DNA from: Antedon mediterranea
Lineage: Eukaryota; Animalia; Echinodermata
Length of the DNA stretch: 64,000 nt
Assembly: GCF_964355755.1 (NCBI RefSeq)
Contig: NC_092680.1
Span: 17,059,045 to 17,123,044 of the forward strand
Direction of reading: 5' to 3'
Shown here in pieces: positions 47,756 through 60,254 of the stretch (positions are counted from its first letter, which is position 1; the number at the start of each line of letters is the position of its first letter). The notes beneath the pieces were generated by a model. That model was given only the letters and a program-made list of their open reading frames with translations, searched no databases and was not told the DNA's origin. The position numbers and the translations under genes were made by a program.

Positions 47756-50419
47756 GTAACATCACACGCTGATATTAAACATTAACGGCAATGTCCACTA
47801 CAGTATATCCATTAACGTACTTATATACTAATGAGTCTATTCGATTTATAGCAATTATAGGTAAACGCAACAATAATTATGTAATTTATAGAGATTTCTG
47901 ATACGTTTACTAATGCACTACTGTTAATACAGTATACAAATTATTGAAACAATTTATTGAAATCATTAACATAAAGGGCAACACAAACTCAAAATGAAAA
48001 TTAACCGATTTTTAAATAAGGTAACGTGAGAAAATACAGGCGGATTTATTTTAATAAAATACCATAATTTAATTTTTTTAAGAGAACAAGCAAACAAATA
48101 AAACTTTATTTATTTTATTTATTTAACAACATCTTTATAGAGGATTACACAATCAGAAAAAAGAAAAACCTGTTTTGCATTGTGGTCCTGTCAAAATAAA
48201 TCAGGGGGAAAAAAGAAATGTAGTTTTATTTTAAAAAAAAAGTGAGATCGATATAGCTTTGAATGAAGAAATTGAGAATATTTAAGTTCAGTTGGTGAGG
48301 TTATTCGATAAATGCTACAGTACATGATAGAATACATAACAAACAATTTAAACAATTTAAATTCAATTTTTGCAGGATGCTTTTCTGCATGGCCTAAACT
48401 ATACTGTTCAATTTGTTTTATCACACTATCTTTATTATTTGTTTTTATTAATTACACGTTAAAAAATGACTACGTCAGATTCCGTCTTCAAAGCTCATCT
48501 AATGTATCTCTAATTATTGGATGGTCAATAGGCGAGCCACACAAATAGTGAACCGGCTATAATGGTATTAAGGCTATAGTGTAGAATACGACGTTGCGTA
48601 TAACACACCTTTGAGATCCTCCGTAAGAATTCAAAGAAGGAGATATTCCAGAACTCAATCACTACCATCTTGATGTAAGCTTGTTATAAATCGTTAATTG
48701 ATGAGCAAGATTTAGTGATTTCTAAAAAGAGTTCAACCGCTTCAGGTGCCAATCCATTTGAAATGGACCGTGATATATTGACCAACAAACTATCACGCCT
48801 GGTATACCTGGTGGCAATTGCGTTGATCCGCCTGCTGATGAGCTGGAACTCGCAGGTAAGCCAGGTCAATAGAGAATTTACCTGCAAGCGCTATGACGGG
48901 CCGTTATAGATTAGTGTACGGATTAGTGGCCTTCTATACATGGATTTCTCTTATGCAAGTAAGCTGCCGCGCTTTCATCTTTAGTTTTGCTTTTTAACAC
49001 ATGGAAATAATATATTTTCTGGTGATCCATATGATGCGATGGCCATTATTGCTTGTATCGGCCCACAATTAAACACGATGAAATAAAAATAGGAACAATT
49101 TACAATATTGTAAGCACATGATTTGACTGAAATCTATTTGGCCTACAATTGACATTGTATTGGGACATTCTGCAGCAATAGAGATTATTGGACTAATAAG
49201 GTCCAACAATAGAAAGTGAGATTTTACGATTTAAATGTTGTTGATTGAATGACGATGACGATGACGATACTTTTGTGCTATACCTGATGTCGCTGACTAT
49301 ATGACAATGACTACAATTACATAATCCATATAACCCGACTATTAATATAATATATCGGGTATATAATATAATGCAAGCAAATCTAAATCTTTGAAAGTGA
49401 AACATAAGATTGTAAATAAAACAAAAGACAGATGCCAGTCATAAGGCGTGTGGTGAAAGAAAAGGAAATGAAAAGTGATGTATTGAGTGAGAAAATGAAA
49501 GAGAAACAGCTATACGGTAGCTATATAAAGCCGATCTGAATTTGTAACACCGAGCAATACAACGGAAGTTAAGAAACTCCTCAAGATGGTCAAGATAATG
49601 CAAGCCAAATAATATCAACGCTTTCTAACACCAACTATTAGTATAGGCATAAGGTTACCAAGGAGCAACGCAAGTGATCTGACCAATCATAATCGATAGA
49701 TTACTCAAACTGGCGCTTTTCATTGACCTGCGTTGCGTCCGTCGTAGTAGGATTTCTTGTGAACTTTCGTAATCACATGGATAAAGAAAGTGTCATAGCG
49801 CGTGTTCACATGACCTATGCAAATTCAGTAGTCATTCTACGCATGCTCAAATGTTTCTGAGCGCATGCATAATGACTTTTCGACTCGATAGCTGCGTTTT
49901 TGGTATGGTGTACAAAAGGTCATACCATACGCCATTAGTACTGATGATTTGTATATCCATAATAAGGTAGTAGTGCTTATTCATGAATCTCATTTTTCAA
50001 ATTGAATAAACAAATTAATTTACTTTCCAGGTACCGTACATTGTATACGGTGTGAAATAAACTTAACACTCATTATTCACATTCAAAACTCTGAATTCTC
50101 TGAAATATAGGCCTAGCGATAAATAAAACAACGTTTCGAAGTACATTATACAATACTTCGTGACTGCATTTATTTCCGCCTCTATAATTTATAGGGAAAA
50201 GAAAGATCATGTTGAATTGACAATCTGTAATACTTAGCTGGCCCATAATGAATTTAATTTCCAGTCGAGTTAGGCATGGTCATTGAGGCTTTAAGATGTT
50301 TAATCGTGTGGACTAAGTCATTTGGAGTGGTCACAATGAGATAAAAATCAGTAAAGCAGGGTGTTGGATCGTGTTGAGAAAAATAAGTAAGTCTACACGA
50401 TTCAATATCAACTCGCGAA

Positions 50420-50575
50420 TACAGTAGAACCTCTAGTTTGGGACACCCTATTTAGGGGTCAACCCTCTTAAGGAGACATTTTCTAATGACATGAACGAAA
50501 GACAACATTGGGAATGATTCCCAACTCAGGGGACGCTCACATTTAGTTCAGAGGTTCCCTTAATATGGGATATGT
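50420..50575. mobile_element. Degenerate Tc1/mariner-pogo-type MITE
   Basis: TA-CAGTAGAACCTC start and internal TAAGGRGACA repeats. Related fragments lie near 29420-29465 and 29960-30072. Confidence 0.4.
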
Positions 50576-51554
50576 ATAGTTTAGGTGGTTATATAGACGG
50601 CTTAACATTGATAGAGCCAGAGTTTTAATCTTAAGAGGAATGGAATACCCTTCGGAGATCTCATAGGGGCCAAATTCAAACGTTTCTTCGGCAAACAAGG
50701 ATCTATTTTGTTCATATCAAGCCTACAGAAAGATGAACTCCATCCATCTAGAAGTTAAGTCGTCAAAACAACGCTTGAAATACTTAATTGGAGAGCATTC
50801 AAATGCCAATTTATTTTGAAACCTCTAATCTTATACTGCCTTTACCAATTGCAATAATTGAATTTGCACGTTCGAGTGTGTAACAATCCGGAACAAGACG
50901 TGTTTATCCCCATTCGTCAGAGATGAAATATTCCTTTAATCAGCTTCCCCCAATTGTTAGCAGAATTGACATCATCTCGCATGCGATGTATACACAAAAA
51001 GCCGTTTAATATCCGCAGATGATGGATTCGATTGAAAACGGGTGAAAATATCTCGTTATTTGAAGTTAATTGGAATTTTCTGCGTCGCTAGTTCTATTCT
51101 TGGATATTTACTAAAGCAATGCTGATGTTTTCTTTGAATGATTAGGATTTAAATTGAATAATGGATTAACACACATTGAATTCATGGATGCCCATGGTAA
51201 CCAAATTCTTAATTATTTAGGACACGGAATGTATTGAAAAACAGAGACTTTTACAATGGTGCAAGTCATAAAAATACTATACTTTGAAACATGGTCGTAT
51301 ATGAGATTACATGCATCGAATCAATTCCCGTGATAACGAACCTCCTAATTATTTAGGACGTGGAATGTATTACAAATAAATTATCAAACTTAAAAATGCA
51401 AAATGAATTTTTCAATAAAATATTAAACCTCATCGTTTATTTTCGGGTCTCAATTTAATGTTATCGGTACAGATATTTAAAAATAAAACCGTTTCCATTT
51501 ATTTTATATAATAATATATAATATAAAGACATAGTAGGCTTAGTTATTTATTTG

Positions 51555-51697
51555 AGTTATCTGTGGTATACCGGAGTTATATCAGGACATACACCGTAGT
51601 TATTTCGGAGGTACTGGAGTTATATCAGAGGTATATCGGAGGTATACCGACGTTATACCGGCGATATACCGGAGTTATATCGGACGTACGGAGTTAA
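51555..51697. repeat. Short degenerate minisatellite (ATACCGGAGTTATATCGG-like)
   Basis: Several imperfect tandem units. Confidence 0.7.
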
Positions 51698-53649
51698 GGG
51701 CACGGGGGCTTGCGTCGGATGTAAAACACGGATCAGCTTAAGCGTGCATAACGCCATTCTATTGTGCGTGTGAGCACAACATAACAACATTTTAGAAGGG
51801 AATATAGAACACGACGACAGGGTATTCAAACGAATATGATTTAATATTTCAACTCCTACATAGCTCGTAATGAATCTAGCGTTAACCCAATAAAGAAGCG
51901 CGCCCATGCGTAGGACTCATCAATAGAATTAGTACGCTTCGTCACCTAGCTCCATAACGTATATTCTTCTAGTTTATCACCATGATACCTTGCCTAAGGT
52001 CGTAACAATTAAATAAACACACCGTTGATGCCAAGTATAATTTCATATCGAGCAGAAATTCGCGGTAATTCGAGAACATTTGCATGACACGCATCGACAT
52101 CCTAGACTATCTTCTGTTGGAAACCGTTGCGCGATCGATCACGTGGCTTAGCAGCATACGGGGTTTATTAATACGAACTTGTGTATGGTATTTATACACC
52201 CTAAAGCATTAGGTTTCCTTCATGCGTGGATAAATATTGCATTACCTGGGGCTGTCTAAAAACACACCTTGTCGAATTATTGAGCCCAGAGGTACTCAAC
52301 CTGTCAGTTGTGAAAAGCATCGAGCTAACGTATTATTTTTCTTTCAATTTGGCCGAATTATAGCGAACAACCAACAAAAGTCAATCCCGTTTTATAGACT
52401 CGATCATCAAAGATATCAGTGATATTAAAGTACCCGTGAACTTACTATTCTATTTAAGGTCCCCTTTTCAAATGATTATTTTTAAGTATTTCTTTTCAAT
52501 TCGCTTTATTTTCAACCGGTTTAATTTCAAACTGTATTGTCTAACTTCTAGAATCATGCCGCTATTTTATAGTACTTTTTATTATCACGGACAAATTAAA
52601 TACAACGGTAATTTATATAGGTATATAAAACACCATTTTTAAACACTTAATTGCAAAGATATTATCATATTGTTATATACACCCTATTAATTACACGGTT
52701 CATGGTTTACTGTCTCTCAATAGATAAAACATGTTAATTAAAAGGACAATTCTCAATTAAGCTAAACTTGGTTTTGAATATCGAGTCTCACTAGTTTCTA
52801 GTTAATATTAGAAAAAGATAACTAGTTTTGCACATATGGCGTTTCATACGTATTCAGTTCGAAAACACAGACAAAAATCGAAACGCCGACTGGTGGACTA
52901 ACATAAAAAGACCATAACTACAACCTAAGGACAAGTCTACATAATAACAAAAAAAAAAGGTTTATAGGCCTATGCTTAATTTTTCGGCGCACCATACCCG
53001 AATATTATATTATATATAATAAACTAGGTCTGGTAGAAATAAACATTTATTTTTTTATACTATTTTTTGGATCTTTGTATTCTTGCTGACATTCTGAGCT
53101 ATATGTAGCCTATGACAGACTATATCAATGTATGACAGTGGTTTTCATCAATGAATATCATTATATTTCTCACGTAGTGATTCCCGCGGGTCATCATTCA
53201 ACACTGATCCTTTTCAGTCCTTCTGGCAAAATAAAACCATAACAATTTAGCTATTGCATGCTGATATATTAATAGGCTAACAAAGTAGACCTACATTAGC
53301 TCGAATCTAAAGCTATGTCTACACTATCAAACTAGTTTGACAAACAAGTGTGATGTGCTTAAATATGGTGATGATATGCCCAAATACGGTAGTGATATGT
53401 CATCATCATGTCTATTTATGGCCGCATCACATCTTTTTGTCACATAAAGTTTGATAGTGTAGACAAAGCGCCACAAAGGTTAAAAGGATAAGAAACAAAA
53501 ATACGGTAATGTATATAATCTATAGATATCGATACATATTAAAGTAGAAAATTCCCCACGTTCATCAATCGTCGTGAAATTTCCCTTAAACGTCGTCCTA
53601 CTTTCTAACGTCCGCCAATTCGCCTTTTATCCTGAACCTAACCATGCTT

Positions 53650-53760
53650 CTCTAACCAAGGCAAACATTTTGTCGCAGCCAGAGATAAGATCAAAAGCTC
53701 AGTGTCCTGTTGATAGATTGCCTTGCTCTAACCATGGACCTAATAGATACATGTTCTAAC
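53650..53760. mobile_element. Two adjacent P-type remnants sharing one 7-bp target
   Basis: CTCTAAC-[CAAGGCAA...TTGCCTTG, 53657-53725]-CTCTAAC-[CATGGACC...CATG, 53733-53753]-TTCTAAC. Confidence 0.6.
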
Positions 53761-55367
53761 GTAACGATTTTACGCATAGGCCTAATATTCAAAATGATGT
53801 AACACATAATAATATTAATAAGGTTAAATGTGTTGTGAATTCTCACTTTAACTCATTTCCAAAGTGATTCTTAAACGAATAGGCCTAATAATAACAAGAA
53901 AACAAAATCGCGAACTAAAAACATGAGACACAACAGAACAACATAACAGAACAAAAAAACAGAAGCTGCGTAGAATTGAATGTTATCGAGTTACTGTACC
54001 AAAGATAAATGACATCACCCGTCAACAGCCGATAAAAGTAGACGTGTCGACGGCTTGATTGTGGAGTTATTTTCGTTAATAAATAACGTCTCCTACTAGG
54101 CCTCTATACTATACATTGAAAACAATCCACATAAAATATGCGTTATAATACTGAGATATTTTTATTGGGATTCTTTTAACTGAGAGCAATCGTAAGTCAC
54201 AAGGGTTGTCAGCAAATCTTATTGTTCCGGACACAAGTAATTTGTCGGGGTTGTAAGTAACACCAACTTGGCGATGACTGACAGCAGGTATGTGACGCCG
54301 GCAAGCAGATGGTGGACAGGTGAGCGTATCCCAGCATGCAATGCAATCAACAATCACATTCCTTCAAGACGTGTTTTTAAACCAGATAAGTATCAAGGTC
54401 TCTTGGATTCGTTAAACGCGCTCTATAGATGTTCTCCCCCGTCCTGATTTAATACGTATGGAATGCCTGAGAGAGGTGTCGGTGGTTGAGGATTGATAAC
54501 AACATATGTCATTCCGGTATATTTTGTTACCGACACATCATATAATACTCAACACGATATTCTGTTTTAAATATCGAACATACAGAACTGTTAAAATAAA
54601 CAAACATCAGGGAAGAGTGACACTAACTCTTCCCCGTAAACATAAAACTGTAAGGATAAGGAATAGGACAGTTGTTTTGGTATTCAACATAGCAATGTGG
54701 TTTTAAAACTTGGTCCTCATACGCAACACACGGACGTAAGTGAGTGAACCGCACGAAAAGTCGACGCCGCGATGAATCACCCGAACTGTGATTTGTGACG
54801 ACGTGAATTGCGCTGCGTTCAAGTGGGAACCAAGATTAATTTAGCATGTATACACCAATCACTTAATTGATTGATCAATCAAAATAAAACGATTGGTCGA
54901 TTAATCGATCAATCAAGCAGTCAATCAATCAATCAACATACTGACCAAATCGACCTATTCGTGTCTTATGGGTTTCTATACTATTACCACGTTAGCACAA
55001 AGGTACGTGGGGACCGTGGTTTGGAATTATAATTATATTATAAGGAATGAAATTTTTGAATATTCATAATCTATCTATACTACAAGTAAAAATGTTTACT
55101 TATATTTCTCGCGGGACCAGTTTAAAAGAATTTTAGTGTGTTGGCATACTACATTGATTGATGTGTTAATTGATGCGAAAGTGGTAGTGAAACATGTTGA
55201 ATGTAACTCTATCACCTTTTTAAATTCTGCTTTATTCAAGCAGAAATCTATCCATATGCCGCCGCACATCATAAAGTAGTATAATAACAATGCAAAACAA
55301 AAACTGCATATTATGGCCTACTCTGAAGGAAATAAAGGTATATAGATTTTAGTTCTCTTGGTTTACC

Positions 55368-55407
55368 CAGGGAGTTGTTATAATAATAATAATAATAACA
55401 ACACTAC

Positions 55408-55439
<32 letters not shown>

Positions 55440-55661
55440 TTTATTGGTTACTCTCCTTTAAAACGGAGGAACACTCTTGTAACAAGAGGTTCGACCCATA
55501 CAAAATGTTTACAAAATTAAGTCATACAGTTATTACAATATCCTATAGGCCTATATATACAAAAGCTACAAAAAGTTAATAATGGTTCACAATTACATAA
55601 TTTCAAGCAGCACAAATTCTACTGACTTATTAACAGTAATTCGATAATTAACAACTCCCTG
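55368..55661. mobile_element. 294-bp CAGGGAGTTG-family element/remnant with 7-bp TSD and internal (AAT)n
   Basis: GTTTACC-CAGGGAGTTGTTA...TAACAACTCCCTG-GTTTACC. Confidence 0.75.
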
Positions 55662-58600
55662 GTTTACCGTACTAAGGAAGCGTTGGACCTTATTTGTTGT
55701 AGATACTTTACAGATCTTTTCGAGGAGTGACATTCTTTAGTTCAAATAAGAATATTTCACTGTTGCTAGTACCACGTCCTGTCCTATCCATTTTTTTTGG
55801 AAAGGAATTACTTTTGTTGACTATTAGGTATTTCATCATATTTAGGTCTATGCTTGTGTCTAAACGGCGAGTGGACTTATAGGCCTATGAAAAAATGGAA
55901 AATCAGTAATGTCTCTTTATTCTTGACGAAGAATGCAGTCCATTAATAGTAATACTTTCTACGACAAATCTGGTAGAAATTGATATCCTGTGTCATTGAT
56001 TTTCTCACTAATAAGTAAAGTGGTCCATTCCGGAAACCCCTTCATCAACTAGATCAACCATTACACACGTCCTAATAGAGCGAAACACGTCCTCACGTCT
56101 CATTTAGCTATTTTTGTTCAATTATTTCCGATATAACCCCAGGGTTGAAGACATGTCCTAATTGATGGGGAACACATCATGCGTTGGTGATCTGTTTGGA
56201 GCTGAAGTTGACGTGCTATTTAATCACACTAATAATATATGATCAGACTAAAATAGAAGTGGAGAACATGAGGCCTCACTTCAGCTTCAATTGTTTCTGT
56301 ATTTAGCCTAGCCCTATTCTTTATAAATCATGGAATGTTATAAGTTCTCGATTGAATCTCAACTTAAATGCCTATCTACAAATTCACTGTTAATTAATTT
56401 AATCCATAATGGAAATATCGGATTAAGCAAATTCGGTTGTAATTCGAACTTTGAGCTTTTAAATGTCGCGTCAGCCATGGTGACACGCGATAGCACATGC
56501 AGGTTGAATCATACAGTACGGACCGTAGTCCTCCTTTAAACTAAATGAAACGGCTTTTAGGCCTACAAGGACCAGGCCTACATGAACAAACGTTAAAGTG
56601 CTGGGCCTACACACTTTTTCATTGGTGTTTTTCACTTAATAAATAATAGAAACATAAATTTGTTTTTATAAAAAAAAAAAATAATTACTGGTTTAATATA
56701 AAAACAAATCAATACGCTTTTTTCCCCAATAAAACCAATAATAAAAATCCCCGCGACATATCTGTGGCTAATTTATCACATAATTGTGTTATCATCATCC
56801 GGTTAGATAGGTTATCAGAAATAATAGTTGTATTAATTGATTATTAACAATCATCTACATCCTCAATCTTTATACTATCGATTGACGAGAAGGAAATCAT
56901 TTTATTGATGTATAAATCATTTGTTTATAAAGATAATTTCAACTTCTACAGAAATATTACAACCTTTCGATACACATCTAAAATGATAAATGTCATTTTT
57001 ATCGGATGAAGTGTTTGCATTGAAGAAACTTTGCAACCTTTATGAACTATATTAATAATTTGGTGTTTGTTTTCCGTCAAAGTTATCAAAATTGCTTTAT
57101 AAAGTTATGTCTATCAAATAACGTGTTATCTAGACAAACATTGAGCCATTAATAGAAAGACATGCAGGTAAAGGTTCAGAGCCCTTCAGTGATGATTGTC
57201 TATTTTAAGGTATAGGCTTATGAACAAAAATATTCAGTAATTAGGCCCACAGTAACAAATCTAGTATTGTCCACTGAAAAAATTTGGTAGAATATGCCAT
57301 TTTAATGTCGGATAATATTTATCCACTTTGACAAAAAAATGGATCGAACAAAAATTACCTTCAAATTGACTGCCAGCCAATGTATTTTTGGTTGAATTTA
57401 ACCATTTATTTTGTCATTTTTTATATTTTAAATAAATAAAACGTTCAACAAAACAAAAGACCGATATAAATGCGCGCCTGTTTATGTTGTGTGATTTATT
57501 TTAAGTACCGTTTTATCATCATCATATCACGTATTATATACCTTGTAGACAAGAAATGCATGATTTTTATATTTATAGGTAAACACATATACGTGTTTAC
57601 CTATAAGTCTATCCTGTTAACAATCATTCACCAACGAACAAGAAATGTGTGATTATGTTACAATATTGCTCCTACGGTTCCATGGATGGATTTTGATTTT
57701 ATTACGGCGTTAAACATAAATAATATTATCAAACGACCCTATGTTTTAAATTTAAATTCTATACCTCATAAAACTAAAAAACGTGATACTTTTCAACAGA
57801 AAGTTAAAACAAAAGTTCACGATTTTAGGCCATGAGGAAAGCTCATGACCAATTGCAGACACACGGGTTATTTTAGGCCTGAAGTAACGTGTAAAGGGCA
57901 TGCTACCGTTGGCCTACTATATTATTAATGTAACGTTTGTATGCGAGTGTCTCATGAGTTAATTTAACAGGTAATTGAAATGTTACAAGGGTGCCATTGA
58001 TTTTTACCAAATCTGATTTTCTCTTTCTGTTTTTTTTTCATTTTTAAACTGACACATTTCACAGAAAATAACGAATTATATTTATTATAAAAATTAGATA
58101 CCCCCACAAGATCTCAAACTAAAACATTTACAAAAATGCAACGCGAAACCGATATCAATAGAAGTGTTACAAGCTAGATGAGGAATATTTGGACAAGCAA
58201 ACACCTATAAATACAGCAGATGACTTATAGGCTACTTCAGTAACACTAACATGACCAAATTTAGAGGGGGAACCAATTGTGCACTTTACCAATAACATCA
58301 GATTAAAATACCACACTACCAACAAAATTCAAAACTGTAACGGACCTACAGAAAATTAAAAATCTAGCATTAGACAGAACACTTTGGTGGAGAAACTTTA
58401 CGGAAAAAAATCAGCAGAGCGTTTGAGGCGGAAAAGTCAGAATTCGGCGGAAATGCGTTATGCAAGTAGCAAGTAAATAATCTTCATATCGTAAATGTAT
58501 TATTCGCGCGTGATGCCTAAATCATTAACGCGCATACGGTAATCCTATAGTAGCTGGTCCTATACTTTTCAGCCCTGTCGGCCCGTTCTTTGAGGGCAAG

Positions 58601-60002
58601 TGTTTTAATTCATCATCATAGGTATACAAAGAGGGCGTCACATCGATGTTTGCAAAAATACATAATCTCTAGGCCATTTTGTCAGTTCAATACAAGTACA
58701 ACTGCTTTTTGTGAACCCATGGAACAGGCTTATTATTAATATAAAAGAAATAAAAAATAGTATTCAATTTAAGAATTAAAAGAAATATATTTTATTTAAA
58801 AAAATGAAACATTTCATTTTATTATATTATGACTGATGCTTCATGTCTCACTTGTATACTTTTTATTTTTGTAACCATTTTAAAGGGCCAACTGAGAAAA
58901 GCTTACTTCTAGGTTGGTTCTCATTATGCTCTGTATTTTTATAGCATTTTGTGAAATAAATGTTTGTTAAATTTTGAATATGAAATATACCAGTTAGGCC
59001 TACTTGCATTTTTAATTTGTAACCCATAAAATAGACAGATTCGTGTTTCAGACTAAAAAAGAACAGACATTATATTATTCAGTATTTCTAAAATTTGGTA
59101 TCTTATTTTAAAACTCTTATTTTTCCTTTATAAGAACCATTCATTTACAAGCGAACAAAACGCGAACGAAAAATTTGTTTCACAACACTAGAAGAATCCA
59201 TTTCTCTTCTAAACTCAAAACATTCATAATTGGTTCGTCATGGAAATGGAGTTTATCACGTGATATGGATGGCTCCATGAAGTAATGGATGAGGAGTTAT
59301 GGGAATACAACCTGACGTGTAGACAGTGATTTGCAAGTATTCCACAAGCACGCTTTACCAGGTCAAAACATGCATTTCTCGTCCCTCGCAATAAACTTTG
59401 AAAATCAACAATGAATCATATAGCAATACTATCAATAACATTATGGCTTGATAAGAAACGTCAAGTTATATAAAGAAAACCTAAGCTACAAACTTTCACT
59501 GATGAAATCAAATACAATAAAGTTGTACTGAAACTCCAACTAGGCGTGGTAGGCTGGTAGAGAAAATCGAAACCGATACCACATGACGCATGAGTGTTAA
59601 AAGCAGGATTTTCTTACAATTTTCGGTCACTTGTTAACAAGGCCATATACATGGCTGCAGTCTCGCGCTCAAGTTAGTGTTTACCGACCGACCTACAATC
59701 CTTCTGATGCAGGTAGTAAAAAGTTACTCTCAGTATTGTATTGTATACGTAAACAAAAAGTGCGGAATTTGTTCATTCAAACATTATTAACATTGAAATG
59801 ATAGAAGAAACATTTGGAATTTAAAGTCGTAAAAAATAAAAATATGCCATACTTTAGGCACCTGATTTCCACGTGTATTAATGTTTATTTTTACGACTCC
59901 CATCGACAATGATCCTTGATGAGCATGCACCTGTGTACACAAAATTATTCAGTTTTATCTGTCGATTATTTTTGAAGTCAAAGCAAAACAACTGAAAAAG
60001 GA

Positions 60003-60254
60003 CGGTACCTAAAAATGTTAGTACGGTACCTGGAAAGGTTTAAGTACGGTGTCTGGAAAGCCTAGGTTAGTAGGTACCTGGAGAGGTTAGTACGGTACCT
60101 GGAAAGGTTAGTACGGTGCCTGGAAAGCCTATGTTATTACGGCACCTGGAAAGGTTAGTACGGTACCTGGAAAAATTAAAACGGTACCTGGAAAGATTAT
60201 TACGGTACCTGGAAAGGCTAGTGCGGTACCTGGAAAGGTTACTTTGTACCTGGA
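60003..60254. repeat. ~21-bp minisatellite (TAGTACGGTACCTGGAAAGGT)
   Basis: About 12 imperfect tandem units. Confidence 0.9.

Noticed and set aside
48830-48890. CTGATGA within hairpins as a hammerhead (also 63366 on + and about 63600 on -)
   Set aside because: No GAAA after a stem II and no cleavage triplet geometry.
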